Position numbers and translations under genes: made by a program. From an uncultured Gemmatimonadales bacterium (GTDB lineage: Bacteria; Gemmatimonadota; Gemmatimonadetes; Gemmatimonadales; Gemmatimonadaceae), in the NCBI GenBank assembly GCA_963851265.1, contig CAWKNZ010000009.1, forward strand, positions 64,001 through 128,000: a stretch of 64,000 nt of DNA, written 5' to 3'. The notes under the pieces are model-generated. The model saw only the letters and a list, made by a program, of their open reading frames with translations, did no database searches and had not been told where the DNA came from. Positions 35,684 to 45,309 of this stretch are shown piece after piece (within the stretch, counting starts at the first letter, position 1; each line of letters starts with the position of its first letter).

Positions 35684-37638
35684 CGGCACCGCCCACGCCC
35701 CGCCGGTCCGTTCTCCCCGCGCACGTGACGCGCTGGTGCGTCGCGCTCGCCGCCGTCGCGGGGGGCGCGTGGAGTGGACGCGTGCCGGCACGCGCGCCGG
35801 CACGCGCTGCCGCGGGCATGGCGGATCGCGCGGCCTCCACGGGCGAGCTCGCGTACGTGAGCAACGAGGCCGGGCGGACGCTCTCCGTGATCGACGTCGC
35901 GACCGACCGCGTCGTCGCGACGATTCCGGTGGGCACGCGCCCGCGCGGCGTGCGCAGCGGGCCCGGCGGGGCGTTCGTGTACGTCGCGCTCTCGGGCTCG
36001 CCGCGCTGCCCGCCGACGATGGCGGACGCGGAGTGCGCGCGCATGCAGTCGGACCGCTCGCTCGACGGCATCGCCGAGGTGGACGCGGTGACGCGGCAGG
36101 TCACGCGCGTGCTGCCCGGCGGCACCGACCCGGAGCAGTTCGCGCTCAGCCCCGACGGCCGGCGGCTCTACGTGTCGAACGAGGACGCCGGAACCGCGTC
36201 CGTCGTGGACGTGCGGAGCGGACGCGTCACGACCACCGTCCCCGTCGGGCGCGAGCCCGAAGGCGTGCGCGTGACGCCGGACGGCCGCACCGCGTTGGTC
36301 ACCTCCGAGGCCGGCAACGCCGTCGTCGCGCTCGACGCGAGCAGCGGCCGCGTGCGCGCCCGGGCGACGGTCGACGCGCGCCCGCGCGACATCGTCGTTA
36401 CGCGCGACGGCGCGCGGTACTACGTGTCCGCGGAGGCCGGCGGGACGGTCAACATCGTCGACGCGCGGCGCGACACCGTGCTCGCGCGCATCGCGCTGCC
36501 CGCGGGTGCGAAGCCGATGGGGCTGGCACTCTCCCCCGATGCCACGACGCTCTACGTCGCGACCGGTCGGCACGGGACCGTCGAATTCGTCGACACGCGG
36601 ACGCGCGCGGTGACCGGTTCGGTTCGGGTGGGCGCACGCCCGTGGGGGATCGCGCTCGCCGCGGCGGGGCGCAAGCTCTACGTCGCCAACGGGTCGTCGA
36701 ACGACGTGTCCGTCATCGACGTGGCCGCGCGACGTGTGGTCGCGACGATTCCCGTCGGCGCGCTGCCGTGGGGCGTCGCGGTCGCGCCGGCTCCCTCTTC
36801 ACGATCGGCGCGGAACGGCGGAACGACCGGTGCGCGTACCGGCGTCCTGCGCGTCTGCGCCGACCCCAACAACCTGCCGTTCTCCGACGCGCGCGGCCGC
36901 GGGTTCGAGAACCGGATCGCCCGCGTGCTCGCCGCCGAGCTGCACGACACGGTGCAGTACACGTGGTGGGCGCAGCGGCGCGGCTTCGTGCGGAACACGC
37001 TCAAGGCGCGCCGCTGCGACGCCGTGATCGGCGCGCCCGTCGGCGACGAGCAGCTGCGCACGACGATGCCGTACTACCGGTCGACGTACGTGTTCGTCAC
37101 GCGACGCGGGACGCCGCCGGTGCGCTCGTTCGACGACCCGCGCCTGCGTCGCATGCGCGTCGGCGTCCACGTGATCGGCGCCGACAACAACAGTCTGCCG
37201 CCGGGCGTCGCGCTCACGCGCCGCGGGATCGTGCGCAACGTGCGCGGCTACAGCATCTACGGCGACTACCGGCAGGAGTCGCCACCCGCGCGGCTGGTCG
37301 AGGCGGTCGCGCGCGGCGACGTCGACGTTGCGGTCGTGTGGGGCCCGCTCGCCGGCTACTACGCGCGCCGCAGCCGCGTGCCGCTCGACGTCACGCCGGT
37401 GGCGCCGACGCCCGCCGACGGGCCGACCGCGCGCATGGACTTCGCCATCGCACTCGGCGTGCGCCGCGCCGACGATTCGCTCCACGTCGCGCTGGAACGG
37501 GCGCTGGTGCGACGGGCGGGCGCGGTGCGGCGCATCCTGCTCGAGTACCGCGTGCCGCTCGTCGGCGGCGACCTGGTCCAATCGGGCGAAGGGGCAGCCC
37601 GAGCCGCCGCGCCCGGTCCGCCGTCCCGGACCCGTTAG
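35680..37638 (+). CDS. Fusion of YVTN-type beta-propeller and MxaJ/XoxJ-like substrate-binding domain
   Basis: YVSNE and VATIPVG repeats, then LRVCADPNNLPFS, GFENRIA, PYYRSTYVF, DVAVVWGP in one ORF. Confidence 0.88.
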   Translation: MTAPPTPRRSVLPAHVTRWCVALAAVAGGAWSGRVPARAPARAAAGMADRAASTGELAYVSNEAGRTLSVIDVATDRVVATIPVGTRPRGVRSGPGGAFVYVALSGSPRCPPTMADAECARMQSDRSLDGIAEVDAVTRQVTRVLPGGTDPEQFALSPDGRRLYVSNEDAGTASVVDVRSGRVTTTVPVGREPEGVRVTPDGRTALVTSEAGNAVVALDASSGRVRARATVDARPRDIVVTRDGARYYVSAEAGGTVNIVDARRDTVLARIALPAGAKPMGLALSPDATTLYVATGRHGTVEFVDTRTRAVTGSVRVGARPWGIALAAAGRKLYVANGSSNDVSVIDVAARRVVATIPVGALPWGVAVAPAPSSRSARNGGTTGARTGVLRVCADPNNLPFSDARGRGFENRIARVLAAELHDTVQYTWWAQRRGFVRNTLKARRCDAVIGAPVGDEQLRTTMPYYRSTYVFVTRRGTPPVRSFDDPRLRRMRVGVHVIGADNNSLPPGVALTRRGIVRNVRGYSIYGDYRQESPPARLVEAVARGDVDVAVVWGPLAGYYARRSRVPLDVTPVAPTPADGPTARMDFAIALGVRRADDSLHVALERALVRRAGAVRRILLEYRVPLVGGDLVQSGEGAARAAAPGPPSRTR

Positions 37639-37692
37639 GCGCGCTGCCTGCGATCCGGCGCCGCGGGCGGGCGTACCCTGCCGTAGTGCAGC

Positions 37693-39393
37693 TCAGGATG
37701 TGGTGTTCCGCCGCGGATCGTCGTCGCCTGCCACGTCCACCACGCGCCGGAGCGTGACGGTGAACGTGGAGCCCGTGCCTTCGCGGCTCCGCACGCGCAG
37801 GTCACCGCCCATGCCGCGCGCCAGGTCGCGGCTGATGGCCAGGCCGAGGCCGATCCCCTCGCTCGTGCGTGTGAGCCCCGTGCTGACCTGAACGAACGGT
37901 TCGAACACCGCGTCCTGCTGGTCGCGCGGGATACCCACCCCGGTGTCGCGGACCCGCAGGTACGCCAGCGTCGGGTCTGCTCCAGTGGGTGCCTGCCCGG
38001 CAGGTGTCTCGCCGACGAGTACCTCGCCGGCCGAGGCTTCGGCGCGTCCGGTGAACTCCACGCGCACGACGCCCGGCGTACCGTCGGGCTGCCGGGCCGG
38101 CGTGAACTTGATCGCGTTCGCCAGGAGGTTGAGCAGCACCTGGCCGAGCTTCGCGCGGTCCGCCCACACCGGGCTCACGTCGCGCAGTGCGAAGCCCTCG
38201 TCCGGCGACGGCTCGGCGGCCGGCGCGGCGGGCGCGGCCGGCAGGCGCACCTCGAGCACGAGCCCCTTCGCGTGCGCCTGCGGCTCGACGAGGGGCAGCA
38301 CGTCGCGCACTACGTCGGACACCCGCGTCGGGCGCAGGTCGAAGGTGACGCGTCCTTCCTCGAGCCGTGTGAAGTTGAGCACGTCGGTCACGAGCGCGAG
38401 CAGGCGGGTCTGCGCGCGGCGGATGCGTTCGAGCGGCTCGCGCTGCGCTTCGGCGACCGGGCCGTACAGGCCGTCGGCGAGCAGGGCCACGTAGCCCTGG
38501 ATCGCGTTCAACGGCGTACGCAGCTCGTGCGACATGCTCGCCAGGAAGTCGGCCCGGGCGCTGTTGGCCCGCTCCGCCGCCTCGCGGTGCCGCTCGGCGT
38601 CGCCGCGCTGGCGCTCGGCTTCGTCGGTGCGCTCTTCGAGCGCGGTCGCCTGTGCCTGCAGCTCCTGCGTCAGCACCTCCAGCTCCGTCGCCTGATCCTG
38701 CAGCCGCATCGCCGCGTCCTCCGCCTCGGTGCGCGCGGCGCGTTCGGCCGCCGCATGACGCTCGTTCGCGCGGGCCGCGGCCGCGAGCAGCAGGCCGACG
38801 ACCACCACGCACGACGCGGCCGCGAGCGTTTCGCCGAAGACGACCCACCCCGTCGTCGCGCGCAGCCGGGTCTCCTCCGCCTCGCGCGCGGCGAGCAGTC
38901 GCTGCTCCTCCGAGCCGACGGCGGCGGCCGCGGCCCGGAGCGCGTCCATGCGCGCCTTGCCCGTCGCCAGGAGCGCCGTCGCCTCGGTCCGCTCGCGTGG
39001 GCGGGCGCGCGTGAGGGCGACGGCGGAGTCGAGTTGGGCGACGACGGCACCGGCGCGCGCTTCGAGCGTGTCGAGCCGCAGCTGCTGGGACGGATTGTCC
39101 GCGGTCAGGCGCCGGAGCCGGGCGAGTTCGCGCGCGACATCGCGGTCGGCACGCACGTACGGTTCGAGGAAGCGCGCAACGCCCGTCGCCACGTAGCCCC
39201 GCACGCCGGTCTCGGCGTCCACGGCGCGTCCCCGGGTGGCTTCGAGCGTGGCGAGCACCTCGTACGTGTGCGCCACCCACACCGCCGCGTCGCGGCCGCG
39301 GAGGGTGGTCAGATACGTGAGGAGGCCGAGGAGGAGCACGGTGCCCGCCCCGGCGACGACGGCGACGGCGCGACGCGCAGGCGTGAGGCTCAC
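37693..39393 (-). CDS. CHASE3-domain sensor histidine kinase
   Basis: WVAHTYEV, ETGVRGY, LTADNPSQ; SHELRTPLN; NAIKFT; DTGVGI; GLGL. Confidence 0.93.
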   Translation of the reverse strand: MSLTPARRAVAVVAGAGTVLLLGLLTYLTTLRGRDAAVWVAHTYEVLATLEATRGRAVDAETGVRGYVATGVARFLEPYVRADRDVARELARLRRLTADNPSQQLRLDTLEARAGAVVAQLDSAVALTRARPRERTEATALLATGKARMDALRAAAAAVGSEEQRLLAAREAEETRLRATTGWVVFGETLAAASCVVVVGLLLAAAARANERHAAAERAARTEAEDAAMRLQDQATELEVLTQELQAQATALEERTDEAERQRGDAERHREAAERANSARADFLASMSHELRTPLNAIQGYVALLADGLYGPVAEAQREPLERIRRAQTRLLALVTDVLNFTRLEEGRVTFDLRPTRVSDVVRDVLPLVEPQAHAKGLVLEVRLPAAPAAPAAEPSPDEGFALRDVSPVWADRAKLGQVLLNLLANAIKFTPARQPDGTPGVVRVEFTGRAEASAGEVLVGETPAGQAPTGADPTLAYLRVRDTGVGIPRDQQDAVFEPFVQVSTGLTRTSEGIGLGLAISRDLARGMGGDLRVRSREGTGSTFTVTLRRVVDVAGDDDPRRNTTS

Positions 39394-39605
39394 GGTGTCA
39401 TGCGCGGGTTACACCCGCCGCGGGCGCTGAGCAGACGAAAAATGCATGCGGCGCGCGTCGGCAGGTCCCGTACCGGGCGCGATCGGCCGCACAGCGCTTG
39501 GCCCGGTCGAACAGGGTCGCGCGTCAGCGCGACCGATCCGCCGCGCTCGCCGCAGGCGCGGAGCAGGCTTGCGCGATCGGAATCGCTCGCCTTCGCCGAC
39601 GACGG

Positions 39606-42296
39606 TCAGGTCGCGGCGGGGAGCGTGAGCGTGAAGGTGCTCCCCACGCCCGGCTCGCTCTCGGCCGTGAGGTCGCCGCCCATCCCGCGCGCCAGGTCGC
39701 GGCTGATCGCCAGTCCCAGCCCCACGCCCTGCTGGCTCGCGTGCGTGCGCTGCCGGTCGAGCTGGACGAACGGCTCGAAGACCCGGTCGAGCTGGTCCGC
39801 CGCGATGCCCCGCCCCGTGTCGGCCACGCGCACGCGCACGACTCCCGTGGTCTCGGTGTCGCACGCGAGCGTCACGCGGCCGCCGGCGTCGGTGAACTTG
39901 GCCGCGTTCGTGAGCAGGTTGAGCAGGATCTGACGCACCTTCTCGGCGTCCGCCCACGCGACGTGTGGCCGCTCCCGCGTGTCGGGGCCGCACGCGTCGT
40001 GGTCGTACGCGAGCCCCTTGGCCGCGAACTGCGGGCCCACCAGTGCCTCCAGGTCCGCGACCACGGGGCCGAGCCGCACGGCCTCGAAGTGGTACTCGAC
40101 CTGGCCCGCGTCCAGCCGTGCGAAGTTGAGGACGGACTCCACGAGCCCGGTCATGTGCTGGTTCGCCCGGCGCAGTCGCTCCAGGTCCTGCCGCTGCGCG
40201 TCGGTCACCGGCCCGCGCAGGCCGAGCGTGAGCAATTCGGCGTAGCCGCCGATCGCGTTCAGTGGCGTCCGGAGCTCATGGCTCATCGTCGAGAGGAACT
40301 CGCTCTTGGCCTGGTTCGCCGCGTGCGCCGCCGCTCGCTGCCGCTCGGCCTCGGCGCGCGCCATCTCCACCTCGCGGCGCGCGCGCACCTGGCCCGTCAC
40401 GTCGTAGGTGGCGCTCGCGACGGCGTAGATGTGGCCCTCGCGGTCCCGGAGCGCCTGGTAGCCGATGTTGAGGTAGTGCTCCACGAGGGCGCCATCGCCG
40501 CCGCGAAGAAGCACCCGGCGCTCCGCGGCGGCGAACGGCTCGCCGGTGACGTAGACCCGGTCCATCGTCTCGACATAGCCGGTGCCCTCCAGCTCGGGGA
40601 ACGCCTCCCGTACGGAGCGGCCGAGCAGCGTCCGGCCGCCGCCCGGCGTCTCGGCGTAGAGCGGGCTCACGATGCTGTACACGTGGTCGGGCCCGGTCAG
40701 CACGGCCACCGAGACCGGCGCCTGCTCGAACACGTCGCGCAACCGCGCCTCGGCAACCTCCGCGGCGCCGCGCGCGGCGTGCTCCGCCTCGAAGAGCCGG
40801 GCGCGCTCGAGCGCCTGCGCCGCCTGCCCGGCGAGTGTCTCGAGGAGGCCCAGTTCGTCCGCCAGCGCGCGCGGCGCCGGGAAACTCAGCCCGAGCGCGC
40901 CGAGCACGCGGCCGTCCGGCGCCGCGACGGGCAAGGCGCACATCGCCTCCGTCCCGTACGTCCGGCAGAGATCCGCGATCGTGGGCGCGTGCGCCGCGAT
41001 GGCGTCGAACGTCGGAAGGACCACGGCATGACCGAGCCGGGCTGCCTCTGCCAGCGGCACTGGCGCCTCGAGCGGGAAGGTCGCCCACGCGCGCCAGGTC
41101 TCCTCGCGGAGTCGCTCGGCCGCCGCGACGGCGAGGCGGTCCCCCGCGGGCGTGACGAGCGCCAGGACGCCGAGGTGGGCGCCGAGCGCCGTGCTGATCC
41201 GCTCGATGACGACGGCGGCGACCTGCTCGCGCGTCAGCGCCTGCGAGAGCGCCGCCGTCAACTCCTGCAGCAGTGCCGCGCGGGCCGCCGCGGCCTCCGC
41301 CTCCGCGCGCGCGGCGCGCTCGGCGGCGAGCAGGCGCTCGACCTCGCCGCGCGCACGCACCTGGGCGGTCACATCCACGCCGTGCACGAACACCCCCGAG
41401 CGCGTGCCGTCGACCTCGGTGAGCGCCTGGTACACGAAGTCGACGTACCGCACGTCCTCGTTGCCGGTGTCGTCAGGCCGGCGGTACGGCACCTCGCGTC
41501 CGACGAACGGCGCGCCGCTGGCCAGCACCTCGTCGAGCAGTGCCACGAAGCCCTGAGCCGCCGCCTCGGGGAGCGCCTCGGCCACCGAACGGCCGCGCAC
41601 GTCGCGGCCCCCGACGAGCGCGTCGTAGCCGGCGTTCGTCAATGCGATGACGTGGTTCGGCCCGCGGAGCACGGCCATGAACGCGGGCGCGAGCCGCACC
41701 ACCTCGGCGAGGCGGGCGCGCTCCGCCTCGAGCGCCTGCTCCGCACGCACGCGGGCCGTGGTCTCGGGCGAGATGTTCAGCACCGCGACAACATCTCCGT
41801 CCTCGTCGCGGAGCGCCGAGAGCGAGTAGCTGAACCACGCGTCCTCCGTCCGGCCGCCCTCCAGACGCGCCATCACGAACCGCGCGTCCTCGCCGTAGAC
41901 CGCCGGCCCGCCGGCCGACACCTGCGCGAACTGCGGCGCGAGCGCCTCCCAGATCTCGGCCCACACGACGGAGCCGGGCTGACCGAGCGCGCCCGGGTGC
42001 TTGGCGGCGAGGATGCGGCGGTAGGCGTCGTTGTAGACGAGGGCGTACGCGGGACCCGACCAGAGGCAGATCGGGTGCGGGGCGTCGAGCATCGCCCGGG
42101 TCGCGATGCGCAGCGCCGGCGACCAGGTGTCGGGCCAGCGGAGCGGGGTCGCGCCCCAGTCGAGCGTACGGGCGAGCTCGCGCACCTCGCCCGGCCCGGC
42201 GAACAGGGCAGCCGCAGCGGCGCGCCCGCTGACCACCTCGGCCGCACGGCCCGCCGCTCCTCCCAACCCGTCCCGCCCGCGTGCGCTCGTCGTCAT
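39606..42296 (-). CDS. Cytoplasmic PAS-PAS-GAF-PAS histidine kinase
   Basis: DWGATPL, PAS and GAF segments; SHELRTPLN; NAAKFT; GLGL. Confidence 0.92.
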   Translation of the reverse strand: MTTSARGRDGLGGAAGRAAEVVSGRAAAAALFAGPGEVRELARTLDWGATPLRWPDTWSPALRIATRAMLDAPHPICLWSGPAYALVYNDAYRRILAAKHPGALGQPGSVVWAEIWEALAPQFAQVSAGGPAVYGEDARFVMARLEGGRTEDAWFSYSLSALRDEDGDVVAVLNISPETTARVRAEQALEAERARLAEVVRLAPAFMAVLRGPNHVIALTNAGYDALVGGRDVRGRSVAEALPEAAAQGFVALLDEVLASGAPFVGREVPYRRPDDTGNEDVRYVDFVYQALTEVDGTRSGVFVHGVDVTAQVRARGEVERLLAAERAARAEAEAAAARAALLQELTAALSQALTREQVAAVVIERISTALGAHLGVLALVTPAGDRLAVAAAERLREETWRAWATFPLEAPVPLAEAARLGHAVVLPTFDAIAAHAPTIADLCRTYGTEAMCALPVAAPDGRVLGALGLSFPAPRALADELGLLETLAGQAAQALERARLFEAEHAARGAAEVAEARLRDVFEQAPVSVAVLTGPDHVYSIVSPLYAETPGGGRTLLGRSVREAFPELEGTGYVETMDRVYVTGEPFAAAERRVLLRGGDGALVEHYLNIGYQALRDREGHIYAVASATYDVTGQVRARREVEMARAEAERQRAAAHAANQAKSEFLSTMSHELRTPLNAIGGYAELLTLGLRGPVTDAQRQDLERLRRANQHMTGLVESVLNFARLDAGQVEYHFEAVRLGPVVADLEALVGPQFAAKGLAYDHDACGPDTRERPHVAWADAEKVRQILLNLLTNAAKFTDAGGRVTLACDTETTGVVRVRVADTGRGIAADQLDRVFEPFVQLDRQRTHASQQGVGLGLAISRDLARGMGGDLTAESEPGVGSTFTLTLPAAT

Positions 42297-42705
42297 GCCC
42301 CCCGTCCTCGGTCACGGTCGTGTGCTCGACCCGGAATGTGGCACGGCGGTCACGGCTTCCATAGCCGGGGCGCGTGATCACCGGCGCCACGCGGGCCGAC
42401 ACCGCGCCGTTCCGGACGCCAGTCGGATCCGGTCGGCGCAGGCGCGAGTCGTTGGACGAGATCGGTTCGGAGCGCCGTGCGCGGCGTGTCGCATTGCCAC
42501 CCACGCCGCGGGGGCTTCGAGCGCCGAATCGACAGCAGACCGCAGTCGCTGGTTATCCGGCTTATCCGGCGCCGGCGGCGGCGTCCGTCGCGCGCCGCCT
42601 AACGTGGACGCCGAGCCGTACAGCAATCGCGGCGCACCGGACCTGCCACGGCGGGCCGGGCCGCTTTGGCAGCTTCCGCGCTGGGAGGGTGCGCGGGCGA
42701 GGGGC

Positions 42706-43002
42706 TCAGTGGGGCGTCAGCACGCGCGATTCGGCGGCGGGGATGTCGCTTCCGGTGACGACGCCCCGCCCGGTCAACGCGCGCGTCAGGAACCGTTGGC
42801 CCTCACCGACGCGCTCCACCTCGACCGCGATCGCCTCGACCGCCTGTTCGAGCCGGGTCAGGCGGGCGTCGTCCGCCGGCAGGCGCTTGCGCTCGGCGGC
42901 CAGTTCGGCCAGCCGCTCCCGGTGCTGGAACCAGCGCCAGAGGATCGCGACGGGGGTGGCCAGCGCGACGGCCAGCGGGACGGCGACTTCGGGGTTGATC
43001 AC
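42706..43002 (-). CDS. Small single-TM coiled-coil protein
   Basis: TM helix then RLTRLEQAVEAIAVEVERVGEGQRF. Confidence 0.7.
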   Translation of the reverse strand: MINPEVAVPLAVALATPVAILWRWFQHRERLAELAAERKRLPADDARLTRLEQAVEAIAVEVERVGEGQRFLTRALTGRGVVTGSDIPAAESRVLTPH

Positions 43003-43041
43003 GGACCGTAGGGGCGGGGGGACCGGCGGCGACGCAAGCGC

Positions 43042-43069
43042 GTACGGGCGCGCCCGGTCGAGAGTTACA
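43042..43069 (-). promoter_or_regulatory. Putative ECF-sigma promoter TGTAAC-N17-CGTAC
   Basis: Same boxes and spacing as 15682-15709; about 40 nt before GTG43002. Confidence 0.5.
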
Positions 43070-43088
43070 GCCCGGCGCCGCCAAGCGG

Positions 43089-43736
43089 TCACGGACGTCG
43101 GCGGATGACGACGTGGGTGGCGCGCTCGCCGGCGACGGTCTCCGCGCACTCGTAGCCGAGCGCGCGCAGGTCGATGTCCCGCATGAGGTGCTCCCCGGTT
43201 CCGAGCAACACCGGCCCGACGGCGAGGTGCATCTCGTCGACCAGTCCGGCCTGCAGGTACTGCCGGACGGTGGCCACCCCGCCGCCGAGCCGGACGTCGC
43301 GGCCGGCGGCCGCCGCGGTCGCCTGCTCCAGCGCGGCGTGGATGCCGCCGGTCACGAAGTGGAACACCGTGCCGCCGGCCATCGCGAGGGGCGGGCGGGG
43401 GTGGTGCGTCAGCACGAACGCCGGGACGTGGTACGGCGGATCGTCCCCCCACCAGCCCTTCCAACTCTCGTCGGGCCACGGCCCGCGCACGGGGCCGAAC
43501 ATGTTGCGGCCCAGGATCCAGGCGCCGACGTTTTCGAAGCCCCGCTGGGCCATCGTGTCGTCGACCCCGGTCTCGCCTCCGGGCTGGCCCTGCTTCGCGC
43601 GCCACGTGCGCGTGTGGACGAACCACGCCATCAGCTCCGGGCCGTTGACGCCGAGGGGGTGCTGGAGATCTTGGTCGGGGCCGGCGCCGAACCCGTCGAG
43701 CGACATCGCGAAGCCGTGGACGCGCAGTCTGGACAT
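43089..43736 (-). CDS. Dihydrofolate reductase/RibD C-terminal family protein
   Basis: MSLDGF, LGRNMF, FVLTH, GGG, DEMHL, PVLLG. Confidence 0.9.
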   Translation of the reverse strand: MSRLRVHGFAMSLDGFGAGPDQDLQHPLGVNGPELMAWFVHTRTWRAKQGQPGGETGVDDTMAQRGFENVGAWILGRNMFGPVRGPWPDESWKGWWGDDPPYHVPAFVLTHHPRPPLAMAGGTVFHFVTGGIHAALEQATAAAAGRDVRLGGGVATVRQYLQAGLVDEMHLAVGPVLLGTGEHLMRDIDLRALGYECAETVAGERATHVVIRRRP

Positions 43737-43907
43737 GCAGTGGGTGGGTGGGTGGGTGGAAGCGGGACCGATGGTGGCCCGCCTAACGCATCAGTGCGGC
43801 AGGAACGCGTCCGGCTCGACGCCGAGGTGCCGGCATCTCTGGCGCAGCCGCGGCGCCGCGAGGTCCCGACCCGCGTGGAGCTGCGAGTCGTCCGAGCGAG
43901 ACGGCGC

Positions 43908-44360
43908 TCAGGCCCCGAACTGCCGCAGGTGGTGATCGAGGTGCTTGTACATCAGCACCGCCCACTCGTCGGGCGTGAGGCGGCCGAAGAAGCTGTGCGG
44001 GTGCGTCGTGCAGGCGCCCCGGCCGGCGGCCACGAATCGCGAGATTAGGCCGTCCAGCCGCCGCCGCTCGACGTCCAGGTCGCGCTCGTTCGCGACCACG
44101 GCTCCCGGCACTGTGGGCGAGTTCCGGCGCATGGGGGCGTCGTCGCGCAGCGCGAGCCGCTTGATGGCGGGGCCGAGGAGCCGGCCGATGAGTACCCGAG
44201 GGGGACGCTGGTCGCCGGTGGCGAGCTCCATACCGTACGTGCAGTGCGCGACCGCTTGGGCGACGGTCATCGTGCCCCAGCGGCGGGCGTTGTCCTGCCG
44301 CAGTCGCGTGAGCCGCTCCCGCACCTCGGCGGCGGTGGCAGGCTCGAAGAGGTTCTTCAT
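43908..44360 (-). CDS. DUF1569/DinB-like protein
   Basis: WGTMTVAQAVAHC, HSFFG, KHLDHHLRQFG. Confidence 0.88.
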   Translation of the reverse strand: MKNLFEPATAAEVRERLTRLRQDNARRWGTMTVAQAVAHCTYGMELATGDQRPPRVLIGRLLGPAIKRLALRDDAPMRRNSPTVPGAVVANERDLDVERRRLDGLISRFVAAGRGACTTHPHSFFGRLTPDEWAVLMYKHLDHHLRQFGA

Positions 44361-44476
44361 GGTACGCTTCGATACGAGGACGGTGTGGCCACGCGCGGCC
44401 CCACGTGCGACGGGGCGCGGACACGATGCGATCGCGGACGACCACGGTGCAGCACAATGATAAGCTCGTGTGCGCC

Positions 44477-44572
44477 GTCGAAGGCACCAGTTCAGCGGCG
44501 CGGCGGCCGCGAGGGGTCCCGCGCCGCCGAGGAGCACCGGGCCGCTGCGTCGGCTGATGCACAGCGTTAGGC
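44477..44572 (-). mobile_element. Degenerate integron attC-like site (96 bp)
   Basis: GCCTAAC-5nt-GCATCAGCCGACGC...GCGCCGCTGAAC-6nt-CTTCGAC; arms pair; right core has 2 mismatches to GTTRRRY. Confidence 0.6.
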
Positions 44573-44576
44573 TCTG

Positions 44577-44684
44577 CTACGCCAGCAGCAGCCGGCGCCC
44601 GTTCGGCCCGGGCACGGCGTCGCCGAACACGCGGTCCGCCGCGTCCCAGTCGACGATCAGCTCGTACTTGGACGGCTCGCTCAC
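44577..44684 (-). pseudogene. hicB: HicB antitoxin remnant 2 (internal deletion)
   Basis: KYELIVDWDAADRVFGDAVP joined directly to a C-terminal-like PNGRRLLLA; GTGA overlap with hicA remnant. Confidence 0.6.
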
Positions 44685-44920
44685 GGTGCATTCGCTTCGG
44701 GCGCTTCGGTGCTGGTCAGCCCGGCCACGATCAGGGCGGCGCGGACCTGTAGTACCTGGTACGCGTTCGCCTTGGCGCCATCGCGCTGCACGTGGAGCCG
44801 CGCCTCCACCCCCGAGCGCCGGCACCCGTGGTGGCTCCCGCGCGTGCGCTCCGCGAAGCCGCGGTCGCGCAGGAACGCCCGGAGCGCGTCGGAGCCGACG
44901 TTCCCGTCGGCGTGCCGGCG
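44681..44920 (-). pseudogene. hicA: HicA toxin remnant 2 (5' end lost)
   Basis: Manual translation ADGNVGSDALRAFLRDRGFAERTRGSHH...LHVQRDGAKANAYQVLQVR; no start codon. Confidence 0.7.
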
Positions 44921-44965
44921 GGCGCGTCGGGGTGTCGCCGCAGACTCGACGGCAGCAGCGCTGCG

Positions 44966-45103
44966 TTAGGCGGCCACGACTTCGCGCATTTCGCGCTCGA
45001 CCTCCTCCCGGGTACCGCGCGCGGCGACACACCCGGGCAGGTCCGGCGACTAGGCGGAGAACCCGGTCGCGGTCGGCTCGACGACGATGAGATCCCGAGT
45101 CAT
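44966..45103 (-). pseudogene. hicB: HicB antitoxin remnant 1 (internal TAG, shortened)
   Basis: MTRDLIVVEPTATGFSA*SPDLPGCVAARGTREEVEREMREVVAA*; stop at 45050-45052. Confidence 0.8.
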
Positions 45104-45309
45104 GGCGCCTCCCAGGGCCCCGGTCTCTTTAGCCCAGCTTGCTCGAGGATGCTGTTCAGCGTGCCGGGGGCGAGGTCGTCGCCGCCAGTTCCCGCGACCG
45201 TCACGAGCCCCGCCTTGCTCGGGTCCGAGCACTGCGCGTCGGTGTCCCGGGTCCGGGCGAGGTACCAGCCGTCGTCGGGCAAGACGCGGAGTACGTCGCG
45301 GACCCGCAC
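45100..45309 (-). pseudogene. hicA: HicA toxin 1, catalytic GSH replaced by DTD
   Basis: VRVRDVLRVLPDDGWYLARTRDTD...VTVAG...DDLAPGTLNSILEQAGLK. Confidence 0.78.

Noticed and set aside
42553..42570. TTATCCGGC x2 as DnaA boxes
   Set aside because: Three mismatches to TTATCCACA and far from the candidate origin
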